Assembly (NCBI GenBank): GCA_040954595.2 | Contig: CM082578.2 | Span: 16,935,703 to 16,999,702, forward strand | DNA: 64,000 nt | Reading direction: 5' to 3' | Source: Balanoglossus misakiensis | Lineage: Eukaryota > Animalia > Hemichordata | In this document: piece by piece, positions 36,501 to 50,300 of the stretch | Layout: the number at the start of each line of letters is the position of its first letter | Position numbering within the stretch: the first letter of the stretch is position 1 | Notes under the pieces: model-generated | The model's database searches: none | What the model was told of the DNA's origin: nothing | What the model saw: the letters and a program-made list of their open reading frames with translations, nothing else | Made by a program: the position numbers and the translations under genes

Positions 36501-39188
36501 GTGTTACTCAAATTGAAACCAATGCTAGTATATACTATTACTAATACTTATCTGTTTTGATTAATAATAAATTACAGTGTTTGATCATGCTGCATTTGTA
36601 AAACCTACTCTCTCCCCCTGGAAGGATATAATAGTTGTTCAATGCTCTATGCCATCTGTAGTCTGAAAGAAATTGCTCCTCATTTAGTTTAATTACATTA
36701 TTGACAGCTTGTTAACGAAGGTGAATATGTATTTCACACCAATTTAATTGTGCAAAACTGTGCACACCATCGAGCCACTCAGTCCATGGAAATCATTCAT
36801 TGTGCTGAAGTATGCTTTGTGGTATATTTCATAATTAACTTCATTATTTATGATGATTTAGAATTCATTTTCACAAATATTGGATGTGAAAGGACCTTTA
36901 GTTTTGTTTTGTCTGTGATTAAACGCTTTGTAAACCTTTACTGTGTGGTAAATGATGGTAACCAAGGTGACAGTTGTACCCATGCTCATATAATACGGGA
37001 GTTGCCATAACTACCCCACAGGTGCATTATTTTCCAGGGTGTGAAACTTGAGAAGGTGGATAATTAATAGCTTTAATGTTGGCCAGGAAACACTGAGTTG
37101 ATTCACATTGGATTAATATCACCATGAATGGCGCAAACGTGTACGTTGTCCTTTTCAATATATTACATATAAATGTGAGTTTAGCACGAATGGTTTTCAT
37201 CAGTCTCTACTTTGAGTTTATGCACACAAAGAGGCACCAATTCCATCTTTTGACCTTTTTGGCCCGTTTTTGTCAAATTTGAAGAAGATTTTGAACTTTG
37301 TACATTTATTTCACAGAGACTTAATGTGTATTACTAGGTGAAGACATTTAATCAGAAATGCTATTTTTGAACGTGGAATAATTATACTGCAGTCATGACA
37401 GTTGCTGGACTTAATTTTTCATGCATGTAGTGTTTCAGTAAGATACACAATAATGATGCCATGATGTCCGGAAGCAGACATGTGATCTGTGCCTCGAGAG
37501 TAATCATGGGTACTGAAAAGAAATGATGTCTTTGGATAATAAAATAGATTATACGCGAGTTTATTGAGAGCTGCACCAAGTTTTATGACAACATTTATCA
37601 ACATGGCTATAAGCATTAGAAAAGATATTCAGAATTACACATACACTTGCAATAAATTTTGTGTCGATAAATTACATACTGCATATTAGGAAGCATTTAA
37701 TCTTTGTCAACGTTATGTAGAAAGATTGTTTACATTATGTCCTGCAAGATGAACACGTGGCAGTTGGGCAAAAAGGAATGATAACAAAAGGCTCAACTAA
37801 AACAACACCATTGTACTTGTTATCATCAGGGCCTAGTCAGTCTCCAAAAAAAGAGAAGTTGCAACTAAGATTATTTGTGCCATTACAAGCTTGCATGGCT
37901 GATTGATAACACAGGGCGTACTGTACCAACTGGCAGTTCATCAAAGCCAATAAAAAAGACATTTCAGGATATGCATTTGATGAACCGTATTCAATGGTCA
38001 CGCTTCAGCACTCAAGCAGTGAATATCTCCATTCTTGTTTTTCCTGTCTCTGTGAGTGTTTTGTTGATACTCGTAGTTCTATCAGATTGTACATGTCAAG
38101 GAAAAACCCCATGGCATTTTAAGGAGAGTTAAAAAAGAAAATATAAGGCTTGAGGCCTACTTCTTGTTGTGAATTGCCTGTTTTTCAGGTTTTTATGCAT
38201 TCATTTTATCAACTGACATATGTCAAATATGTTGTTGCAGACTATAAGGCTTACAATATAGCAGTGTAAAAACTGAGATAACATCTGACTGATTGCTTGG
38301 AAGAATTTTTTTTTCAAGTTTCTGAGTGTGTGCGCAGAATTTGATGAAACTTCATACTAGTTTCACATGAGTGAAAATATTTGTGGATGTCTTGCAGTTT
38401 CTAATCAATAAACCTTGCAATAGTGTCCCACTGTGGGTTTAATGATTTCTGATTTTTTGTTTTGGTGTGGTGATGATGACAACAGGTGACAAGACCAAGG
38501 ATATTATAACATGGTATCAGTGGATGTCATGCCAGAATTCACTGCTCAGTGACGATGCATCTATAAACGCTACCATGTCGGTGAGTGATGGGGATCAGTT
38601 GATGCCGAGTCAACAGACGGCACAGAAGAACGTGACAAATAATCTAACTGCAAGGATTGACAAACCCACTAAGAGGAAAGATGACATCAAGTGGGATGTG
38701 GAAGAGGACAGGAGGAAAATCAGCGAGGAAGATGAAAATAAAGAAGCCAATAGAGTAAGTGTATGCGTGTCTAACTTTCAAATGTTTGTGGTTGCTAATG
38801 ATTAATAGGATATCCCTAGTAGAGCATGTGGCAATCAAACGGGAGCAACAGTGCCCTTGATGCTATTTTTATCCTGTTCATGTTTTAGGTAGCTGCTGCA
38901 TTTGTGGCCGCAGTGTTGGCAGGTGCCACTGCCCAGTACCTGTCAGAACAGTACGGCAGAAACGATAAAGAGCAGGGCTACGAGGTGACTGCAGCCAGGC
39001 AGACCGCAGTGCAGGCATCTGCCAGTGCAGCGAAGGCTGCCCAACGCGGCGATCCTGAAGGTGCAGCAAAAGCCGTGGCTGATGCAGCCAAAGCAGTGGA
39101 CAAAGTTGTCGGTAACAGCGACAAGAAACTGCTGAAAAATGGCGATGCAACAACTGTGAAGAGCAGCAAAATGTGCCATCTTCTTTGA
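18944..39188 (+). CDS. Roco-family protein (Cys-containing LRRs, Roc GTPase, COR; MFHAS1-like, no kinase) with predicted C-terminal CaaX, about 1145 aa
   Basis: Phase-consistent exons: 18944-19015, 22118-23189, 24084-24160, 24900-25022, 25826-25980, 26217-26337, 26747-26983, 27417-27698, 29570-29761, 31419-31601, 31721-31900, 32789-32963, 38486-38754, 38889-39188 (sum 3438 nt). Motifs: pre-Roc LSFPPPEII, P-loop GHQGSGKSS, switch I PTDGLDV, G3 WDTSG, G4 IVGTRLDK, G5 PVSC, COR YYLPLL and YWKHGVLL. The first exon and the last two exons are joined by phase only and are less certain. Confidence 0.82.
21507..21558. repeat. Compound (GTT)n(GAT)n microsatellite
   Basis: Directly visible; it produces the spurious poly-His/poly-Gln ORF 21488-21688. 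Confidence 0.95.
35065..35420. promoter_or_regulatory. Two consensus RFX X-box motifs in a Roco intron
   Basis: GTTTCCATAGCAAC at 35065-35078 and GTTGTCATGGCAAC at 35407-35420. Confidence 0.4.
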
Positions 39189-42100
39189 TATCTGCACAGA
39201 CTCTGCATCTGAAGTACTGGGTAGTAACTGTACATTAAGGCTTTAGATTAATTGGAATCCAGTGAAACGAACCACTATTGTATTTTTTGCCACGTTTCAA
39301 AACAGAACAGAAATATATATTTATTCTCCATAAACATACATGCAACGACTTCTTTTTTTTGGTTTTATTTTTCAGTACATGTAATTTGTACCGTATATCA
39401 TATCAACTGAAGTTTATTTGAATATACATCGATTGTATCTGGAACTAGGAAATGCTGCGTGGAACATAAAGATCCTAGATGTGTGTGTATCGTACATGTA
39501 GGATACTATTGGAGCCCCTAATGGCTTCTTCTTGAAGTCAAAACTAAATGATTAGCTAATTGAATGCAATAATAGGGCTATGACTTTGTAATTTTGTCCA
39601 TTGGACTTTTTTGTAATAAAAATAACAAGATATGTACATATTTACTGATTTTTACTGTTTCCATGAAATTCATGAACCTTTCACCATATGATGAAAAAAA
39701 AAATTACCTTATGACCTTTAATTCTTGTTCTGGAATTAACATCAGAATTCTGAAATTTGTCTTGCATGAAATATCAAATTGTAAAACTTAATGTGACCTT
39801 GCCTATCTCCAACAGAACTGAACAGAAATGTATCTGCTTGGTCAATACATTTGTTTTGCTCCTGGAGTTGTCCAACTAAATAGCATGAAAATGATGTACT
39901 TTCAACAAATATACCTGGTATATTGGACAGACATAGAAATTAGATTTCACCTTACTTTCAAATCTGCAAGTGACTATAGCTGACCGGATGAAGTAAAAGT
40001 TGGATTTTAACAGTATGGTAGAAAAGAGATCTAGACCAGATACATGTATGATGGGGACTTCCAGAAATGATCAGTGATTTTGATAAATTACCATCGCCAG
40101 CATATTTATCGGATGCAATGCCATACATTATAAATGAAAACTGTTGTAATATGCAAGACACTTCAACCGCAAATTTCTCTGGAATCTGAATAATCCAAGA
40201 GGGGCTCTAGTGAAACCGGGTACTGATGCATATCAAATGAGCTGAAGGAGACATGATGATCAATCTCTACAGAGACAAGCATATGTTTATGACACCAGAA
40301 TGTCTGTCACATGACCCTAACATAAATTCGACCTGCGTAGTATTGTGCTTTTATGGCCAATTTATATTATGTTTGCACATTTGCTGGTATACCATTATTC
40401 ATTGTAATGTCGGATCCTGTCAAAATTGAAGCAGGCTATGATTGCCACAAAGAGGATTACTTAAATATTACTAATTCCCTTATTCCTTTTTGGTTATTTG
40501 ATTTTAAACTATACTAATCGAGAAATATTATGCTAGGGAGAAAAACATTTTGTTTCCTAGATGCTCTACCTCGATCTTGCTCCACTGGCTATACAGTACA
40601 TGAACTTCTTCTTTTTCCAATTTTGAAAAAAATTTCCCTGTACGCTTCTTTTCGTGAATGACTAGGCTTTCAGTATCACGAACAAAAAAAGGAACAATAT
40701 TTTCTCTCTCCAGCCTTTGTGACATAAAAGGTATGAACCTTATATTTGACAGAAAATAATGTTGGCATAAATCTTGTAGTGTACAATGTATAATGTTTTG
40801 ACTTAGGATCTCGTGTGCTTATAGTGCAAACTTTCAGTGTGGTTTCTGCAGGTAGTAAGGAAACGCGCATTGATTCAAGTTTTAATTTGTATTATAGGAA
40901 GATAAATATACCACTGTGGTGTTAATGAAATACATTTTATGTGCAATGAAAAAATCTTTCTGAACAGAAAGGCCCAACTTGATATTTACAGATTTGTATT
41001 ATATACCTTGCTATTAAATATTCTGTACATAATTGCATCTGACATTTGTGTCTATGACTTCACTTGGCATTCTGTGTGTTTTGAAATGAATGATTAGATT
41101 GGACAGGCATGTGTTGGGCTCTCTCTAGATGGTTAGAAATTTACCCTTTTTAAGCAGAAGCATGCACACTGCATTATGTACATGTATAACAAGAAAAGAC
41201 ATCATCTATTGAACTTACTTGCAATGAGTTGCTGTCAAATATACTTGGATAACTGTGCTGAGCTCCTCTCTATCCAACCACCAGTATGAGAGACGACACT
41301 CCAAGGCTGGTGAAGTTCAACAAGACTGTGGTCCATCTTTTACTTCAAGTCCTAGGCGCAGCAGCAAACACGGAAGTCAGGTCCAGAAAGCGAGGCAGCA
41401 AAATCATCAACTACAGAGGCCATTTCTGAATTGGAGTGACAGCAACTACACAGGTGACCTGGTTCTGGAGCACACAGGTGTTGAGAACTCATAATATGCA
41501 AATTAGCGAGTCATGAATATTGGTCTTCAGTTTGGAGGTTTCTTGAAAAGGTCAACAGTCAGCACAGGATGGATATATTGAAATTCTAATTTTAAGTCTT
41601 GAGACTATTGAGACTTCTGAAGCAGCATTCAAGTTGTAATTTTCACTTTATTTATTGTTGAAATTAAAGGTACAAATGAGTGTATATCTTATGTTTAACT
41701 AGACTGAAAGATTCTGATGGATACAGGAACATTTTGGAGATGCAAAAAATATATATAGTAGTTAATTTTTTGAAAACACAAGCCAGCTTTGTGTATTGCA
41801 CTTCATGCATTTCACAAAAAAAGTATTACATCAGCGAAATATTTTTTTTAACAATAAAATATTACATTATTTCATCTTGCAAATTAGCAGATATGTTGAA
41901 CAAACAGATCAAGAGCACACTCCACATGGAGTCATTCAATCACTATGCAACAACGCCCTCTGCAGTTGTTAACTAGCATATCTATGTGTACGTTTAGTTT
42001 CAAGGCATTGAAGTGGTTCACAGAATCCAAAAGGAAATTGTGTATGTCATAAAAACGTTATCATTCTAGTCTGGCTGGATTGATAGAGGTTTTAAGCAGC

Positions 42101-44326
42101 AACAAATATGAATGTGCAGTATGTATACATGTGTATGTACGTGTACGGCAATTGGCCAAAACAGACATTATGAGGTTGAAGTCAACACTGGCAGACACAC
42201 ACCACACAATGATGAGTGACAAACTGGCACATGTCACTATGATAAATATAGTTATATGATACAAACATCAGGACCATTAATACAACTGCATATACAAGTA
42301 ATAATTACAATGAAAGCATTATAATAAGCTGTGTGAATGGAACAGACCAAATGGACTTATACACAGTCACAGGGCTGCAAGATCAGTCTTGTACAGTAGA
42401 CACTACAAAAAAAATCAACAGCTCAAAGTAGAGATAATCAACTGGGAATCAAATCAATAATCAAATTGTCATTTACTTCTTGCATATCATGTGATCAAAA
42501 TTTTTCTCAAAAGGTTGTTTTAATACTGTTAAAAAGTCATTGAGCATACCAAAACACAATTTTATATTCTTCAGTCATGTAGTTGATACACAGAACAGAA
42601 ATTCTTGAAAAAAAAGTTACAAATAACTGAGCTTTGATGTATATGTAAGTTGTAACATGTGTATCACAAAACAAAGATTATTTTGTTCACAAACGACAAC
42701 AAACCAGGTTTGGTTGAAAAATGTTTAGGTCATTGGCAAGACATTTTTTTTTTTGGAAATTCATACCTAATTTGATATTAAGGTTTACACCCATTTACAA
42801 TGTACATGTGGTGTCCTAAATCGACATACGATTTTTTTAACTACACATGTAATACCTGTGTAAGTCAATGAATATCTCTGCAGCTGCTGAACAGAAAATC
42901 ACATGGAAGGAATTCATTATTCTAGTGGCTTGTAACCTCTTTCACAGCCTGTTACTCTCTGTGTGGTGCATATCGCATCTTTACGATAGAGTGCCCTCAA
43001 CGAAAAATGAAAGAGCCATCATAGCAAGTGATGTGCTGTGAAGGAGTCCAAATACATCCTTAACTTTAAAAAGATTCTACATGAAACCATTTGCCAGTAT
43101 TTCTATGAATAATTTTGTAATGATGCCATGCTATGTCGCAGCAAAACCTCCAGGCTGGCCACTTCCTGTAACATTAACATGAAGTGGGAAGAATTTAGTA
43201 TTTTCAAACAGAGCGAGAACTCCGGCAGTGGGAGGATCTGGCAAAATTGTTAACTTTGCCATTGATGCACCTGTAAGGAGTATATATTGTTTGTATATGA
43301 GTGTAGTTTTCTGTTATATATACATTTACAATCAAAATGAGGTGAATGACAATTATGCATGGCAGTGACAATGGGTATGGAAATTTGGTCACTACAGTCA
43401 GTTCATGAAGGCCACAAACTGAGTGAGCAAATGATTGGAAATGAAGAAAAATACCCATAACTTTCACTAATCAGTCAAATGGGGTCAAGAAATCAGTCAT
43501 TCCTTATTTCTAAAAACTGAGGCAGAAATAAATTCTTTGATTTTGTGCTTATTAACATGTACCTCAAAATATATTGCAATTAAGATGGGACACTTAAACT
43601 TATTCAAGGTGGGTCATAAATACATTAATTGGGAAAGAAGTTCAAAAGCGTACACAGTTGCAATTAACCTCATTCAGTACGGTACATACATGAATATTTC
43701 TACATTTTAAAAGCAGTTGGGAAAACACAGAATTCATGCTCATTATTTACAAATTCACACACCCATGCAAATAAAAACCATAAAAAAAGAAATGTATCAT
43801 GCATTATTATTTCAGAAACATACTTGACACTGATGAGGTACAGTAGTTTGTATCACAAAAGCAGCTAATAACTTCTTATGTAAACTGTATATGCATACAA
43901 CAGCAAAATAGTGACTGTTGTGAGTTGGTGTAATTTTTACCCAGTCAAAACAAATTACAAAAAATACATTTTTACATTCATCTGAGGTAAAGAAATACAG
44001 AATAATAAGATGTATAAACAAATAACTTCATCATATTTTCTTAGTAAATTATGACAAAAAATGCACACAGAGAAAAGGTCTTGTTCAGGCTGGCACACCC
44101 CTACAGTTAATAGAACGATCCAACAAAGAACGAGCAATCAAGAGGGTGGTTCTAAAAACACAGGCCATGCAGGGAGATACATGTACAATGTAGGGGAGGG
44201 ACACACATGCTGTAACCACATTGCTACGTGTATTGGCAGGTAAAGGAGAGGTCAGGGGTCAAACTAAGGCATGCGTGTCTGGCTTGATCTTCGGAGGAAC
44301 ACAGAGACAAAGGGAGAAACAGGTCT

Positions 44327-47300
44327 TCATCTACCTGAAGTGACTTCTACGTAACACGTGTCGCACACTCTCACTGGCTTCTTGGACGAAGCAATGGCTG
44401 CACTCTTGGAAGAACAGTCGTTGCAAAAAATCATACCACAGTTACGACAGTGGTGCTGGGGGTGAAAGAGAAAAGAAAGATCAGATATGACCCATATGAA
44501 AGAAGTTAAAATATTTGCATGTTAATCTATAGTTGACATTTTTTTTATATTTGACTCTAGTCGGCCATATTGGATCTGACTGCAAGGTTAAGTAATCGAC
44601 TATAAAATGTGCATGATACCGGACTTTTGAAACAACAGACACATTCAATTACACATTTGTTTCTTCAAACTCACCTTTCTGATTGTAACAGAGAATCCTT
44701 TCCCACAAGCCTGACATTCTATAATTTCACTGTCGACTTGCCATTTTCGACTCATCTTCTGTGTGTTCACAATCTGCAAGTTTTGATTTTCTCGCCCCAG
44801 CTCATGCATTGCTGCCATGGCATCATCGAGTTTCCGTCTCAGCTCGGCCGACTTATTCTGAAGTTTTTCATTCTGATTTTCGCTCTGTAAACACCTGTTG
44901 GGAAATATGAAGATAAAAGTCAAAGTACATGTAGCTGAAGACACTCCACGAGTACTCTCTGTAATTATTTCATTTTCATTAAATCATGACATCATTTTCA
45001 TGACTTGCATTGCATCAATGAATACAAATTACAAGCATAATCTTATGCATTACTGTACTTAAGAGCAAAAGCAGCCTGCAAACAATATTCTGAGGTCAGT
45101 TTCAGGTATAAGGTCAAAATAAGCAGATATGCCATCAAATAGTTCTGTACCTTTCCAGCAAAACTCTCCTTTCATCCTGATTGTTCTGAAGAGTTGCCTC
45201 CATCACTGAAAACAAAGACATAATGAGTTTGAAATTCCAGCCACAACAGACAGGCAGTGACACTATAAACTGCATGTTCAATTAAATACCCCACTCTCCA
45301 TTATTTTGCCACACACAATGTACGACCTCGTTTTAAACTTCCCAGAACACATGTACATTATTCATTCAAACTTACCTGCCCTTTCACCTCGGAGGTCATC
45401 GTTGATCTTCTCTAACTCAGCAACCCTGCTTTCAGATCTCATCATATCGCCTCTCACAGTGCCAAGATTTTCATTCAGAGCTGTGATCTGCATGTTCAGC
45501 TTGGCCTCCATTTCATCCTTGGCGGTTTCTGAGTCATTCTTAGCTTGTGTCTCTGCAGCCTGGACAAAATGATGGGCATTAGTTTAGTTCAAAATGTCTC
45601 CTTCAGCTTCATAATCAAATCATGTTTTACAAAGACCTCTTCGCACGTTGACCAGTTAAACACCCCTTGTATGAAACACTTGCTCTACTTTCTACACATT
45701 TGATAAGCCACTTCAACAACACCACCTCACAGTTTTCAACTGTCGTGTTAATTTTACAACCACAAGGCAAAACAAAATCACTGACACCTCACCCATGCAA
45801 GGATTCATCACATCTCACCAGTTTTGTCTGCAAAGCAGCCGACTCATCTCTCAACATGGTTTGCACTCTCTGAGCAACTTCTTTGGTCTCTTCATGTTCA
45901 GACATTGCCTGGGCCAACTGGTTCTCAAAATCTGACACTTGTGACTGCAGCTCTAGTTTCTGTTTGATTAACAGCTGTTTTGCTTCCTGCAAGCTGTTGA
46001 CATCCTGAAATGTTCAAAAGGCACAAATGTTTCTTTGGCTGTCTTACAAGTTGTTCATTATCAAAATGGTTTGCAAGATTTTGTTCTGTATATTCATGAT
46101 TAATGATTTCCTCTTGTCAAAATTATTTTTCCTGGGGGAGTGGTTTTGTGTGCCATCTTTTTTGCAGCATTTATAGGAACAGAAGGTGTTTGTAATTACA
46201 CATCTTGAATCCCATCTTGCATGAACTCATACCTTTGACCTGTCCTCTTTTTCTTTCTCCAAAGCATTCTTTAAATCAGCAATGTCCTTTTCCAGAATCC
46301 CCTTTGTTTCTGCCAGCTCCTGTGTTGTACCTGTCTCTTTCTCCAAAAGCTCCTGGATTGCATTCTGTGGACATCAAATGTAAAGTCAAGCAATCTATGT
46401 TCCAAAGTTCTGATGCATGGTCAAAACCCCATATCAGGTCTATAATATCAAGAGATATCTTATAATTATTCTGTCACGGTTGTCGCCGTTCATTCCAACA
46501 TATTCACACCAAACAGGTTACGGGTAACAAAGACATAGGCCTTACATTTAATAACTGAAATGGAACAAATACATGTCAGTTCCAACGTGTGTGGCCGGTC
46601 TGGCTACAGAGGTGAACTGCTAAATTACACACATGTATGGGAGTTCACCTCCAACAGAATACACCAAAATTCATGCAAGTGAAAAATATAGACATACAAT
46701 TGGAAAATTGACGCAAGTTAAAGACACCAATTACTTGTGCTGAAATGAGTCGGTAGAATGCACCAAAATACAAAGCTTCAAGCAACAGGTAAGGTACAAG
46801 GAAACTAACCTGAAATGGAACAAATACATGTCAGTTCCAACGTGTGTGGCCGGTCTGGCTACAGAGGTGAACTGACCAATTTTATGCACCATGTCCTTTT
46901 ATATCAGCAATTACATCATAGTGCCAGATTAGCTTGTGTTCATTGGTCAAATGAAACTTCCAGGTGGTTTGCATATAATTAAGATCAACCAATTGAAGGT
47001 AAGTACTATTACGTCATATGAATAATTGAATAACTAATTACTATAAGATACAGGTATAACATACATACAGATATACATGTATACAAATTCAATGGATCAA
47101 CAAGGCCGTTACACGCACCCCTGCGAGGAGAAATGGCGTCCTCGTCATTTAAAGTAAGTTAAAGATATTTGATTAATAGTGGCAATTAATAAATGGTATA
47201 GAAGATAAAGTCGTATGAGCAAACTGTTTTAGATTCCATTGTTCGGGACTATATCTATCTGGAGGTCGTCTCTGTCGTGTAGGATAGCGTGGTTCAGGTT

Positions 47301-50300
47301 GAGTACTACTACTGGAGTCAGGACTGATGTTGGTTGTAGCAGGAGTGATACCATCTGGATCGCTCGATGACCAACCATCCGTACTTTGCAAAATATGATT
47401 CGAGAAATCTGAGGTAAGTATTTGAGAAGGTCCATCCGGATTAACCATACCTGTGGGGTTGTCCATCAGGGAACTTTCTCTTCTGGATGGGATGAATTCT
47501 GCAGCAGTAGGATTAAGAGCATTGTGTTCTGTTGGCAAGTTGATAGTTGACACGAATTGCAATTTACCAATGCCGTCATCCTCTTCGTCCACTGCATCCT
47601 GGGTAGCATCGTTGATAACACCCGGTACACTCTGCTTAACATCACGCTGCGTCATCTTGGTGTTAACATCGTCATCCAGTTCGTCCGGAATTATTGGTAT
47701 TGGGAGTAGCAAATTTCTATGTAGTGTCCGCTTCCTTCCACCCTTAACTTGTTTTTGTACCACGTATACTGGAATGTCTTCTATGGGCTGTGAAATCACT
47801 GTATATGGATCCTTTTCCCATTGGTCTGCCAATTTGTAATTGTCTTTAGGTCCTGTATTCTTCACCAACACAGTATCACCAGGTTGTATTATGGCCACCT
47901 TCACTTTTCTATCATATGACTTCTTCTGCCGTTCACCAGACTTAACAGACCGTTCCGTTGCTACTTTATAGGCGTAATCCAACCGTTCGGCAAGTTTCGT
48001 CACATAATCTGAAACTGTTCCACCATATTCTAGGTTGGTCTGGTCTGCATGTCCAGATACATCTATAGGCAGTCTTGGTTCACGACCAAACATCAAAAAG
48101 AAAGGTGAATATCCGGTGCTTTCATGCTTTGTAGAATTATAGGCATGAACCATCGTATTGACATGTGAAGCCCATCTTGTTTTGTTGTCTTCATTCATAG
48201 TTCCAAGCATCTGTAATAACGTCTTATTAAATCGTTCGCACATTCCATTTCCCTGGGGGTGGTATGGAGTGGTCCTGGACTTCTTAATATTTGCTATTCG
48301 GCAAAGTTCCTGAATTGTAGACGACTCAAAGTTTCGCCCCTGGTCACTGTGTAATCGTCCTGGGAACCCATAATGCAAAATCAAATGTTCAAACAATGCT
48401 TTGGCAGTTGTTTTGGCAGACTGGTTCTTTGTAGGTACTGCTATAGCGTATCGAGTGAAATGGTCCGTCATCACTAATATGTTGCTATATCCTTGATCTG
48501 GTGTTGGTATATGGAGAAAGTCGATGCACACCATTTCCATCGGTTGTGATGTGTGAATATTAACCAAGGGAGTTCTGGGTAAGGAAGTTGAACTTTTCCT
48601 GCGAATGCATGGTAAACAATGTTCCACTTTCTTTTGAACATCCATCGACATCCTAGGCCAGTAGAATCTTCGTCGTACCAGATCCAGGGTTTTATCTTGG
48701 CCAAAGTGTCCAAGTTTATCATGTAGTTCCTCCAGGACATCTTTTCTATGGTGTACTGGTAAGACAAGTTGCAAATATTGTATATCATCGATGAAGCATT
48801 TCCTGTATAGGACTCCATTCTTCAGAACAAGGCGTTTCCAATCTCGTATAAGTAGTCTGATATCTCCTGTATGATCTCTCATAAATGGTTTGTGGTCCTT
48901 TTCAAGCTGATCAGTCACATACCGTATTGTTGAATCTTTGGACTGCTCCGTCTTCCAGAACACATCATCCCCACCTTGAACTACTGCAGGTCTGTCCTCA
49001 TCTGCTACCATTCCGAATGAAGTTACGTATGGACCTTCTGTTGCTCGACAAAGCGCCTGGACTACATCGGCTCCCAGATTGGTTTCCGTCTCTGGATTCT
49101 CTCTATTCCATGGAATCCTAGACAAAGCGTCAGCCTCTATATTCTTCTTACCACTCCGGTAAACAATAGAGAAGTCGTACAATGACAAGTCTGACAACCA
49201 TCTGTGTCCCACCGCATCCAGTTTCGCAGAAGTTAACACATACGTCAAAGGGTTGTTGTCTGTATGCACCGTGAATTTGCTTCCATACAGGTAGTCGTTG
49301 AACTTCTTGGTGACGGCCCATTTCAGTGCCAAAAATTCTAATTTATGAGCTGGATAATTACTTTCAGACTTGGTGAGTCCTCTACTTGCATAGGCAATTA
49401 CTCTGAGAATACCTTTCTGGCGTTGATACAGCACTGCTCCCAGACCTGTGGAACTTGCATCAGTATGTATTTCAAATGGAAGTGAGTAGTCAGCAAAGGC
49501 TAGTATTGGTGACGACATTAGGCTCTTCCTCAGAGTGTCGAAAGCTTGTTGTTCCTGTTGTCCCCACTGGAGTTTTTCAAATTTTCCCGCCTTATTCCTT
49601 GACTGACGTCCACACAGCAAGTCGTTAAGTGGCTTGGCAATATTACTGTAGCTTTGGATAAATCTCCTGTAATACCCTGCAAATCCAAGAAATCTTCTCA
49701 GTTCTGTTACAGTAGTGGGTATTGGCCATTCCTTCAGAGCTGCTACCTTGTCTGGGTCCGTTGTAATTCCGTCGGCTGATACCACGTGTCCAAGATATTT
49801 CACCTTCTTCTGGAATAAAACACATTTCGTTGCCTTCAACTTTAATCCATGTGATGCCAGCCGCTGGAATACCCGCTCCAATCTATTGAGGTGGTCTTCA
49901 AAAGTCTTCGAAAATACTATGATGTCATCTAAATACACACAACATTCTCTGAACGCCAATTCTCCAAAACACTTCTCCATGAGACGCTGGAAAGTTGCAG
50001 GTGCGTTGGTCAGACCCATAGACATACGGTTGAATTCAAATAAGCCGAAGTTTCCCACCGTGAAAGCTGTCTTCGCTTTGTCGTCTTCCGCCATCTCTAC
50101 TTGGTAATATCCAGACCGTAGATCAAGCGATGAAAACCACTCGGCGTTACTAAGGTTATCAAGCGTATCCAATACCCGGGGTAATGCGTAAGCGTCTTTA
50201 ATGGTTTTGGCGTTGAGACGTCTATAATCAATACACACCCTCAGCTTCCCATCAGGTTTTCTGACACATACAACATTTGAGGACCACGGGCTGTTTGATT

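Noticed and set aside
41255-41494. 79-aa ORF between the convergent Roco and EEA1 3' ends
   Set aside because: Non-ATG start, no recognisable motif and no splice support.
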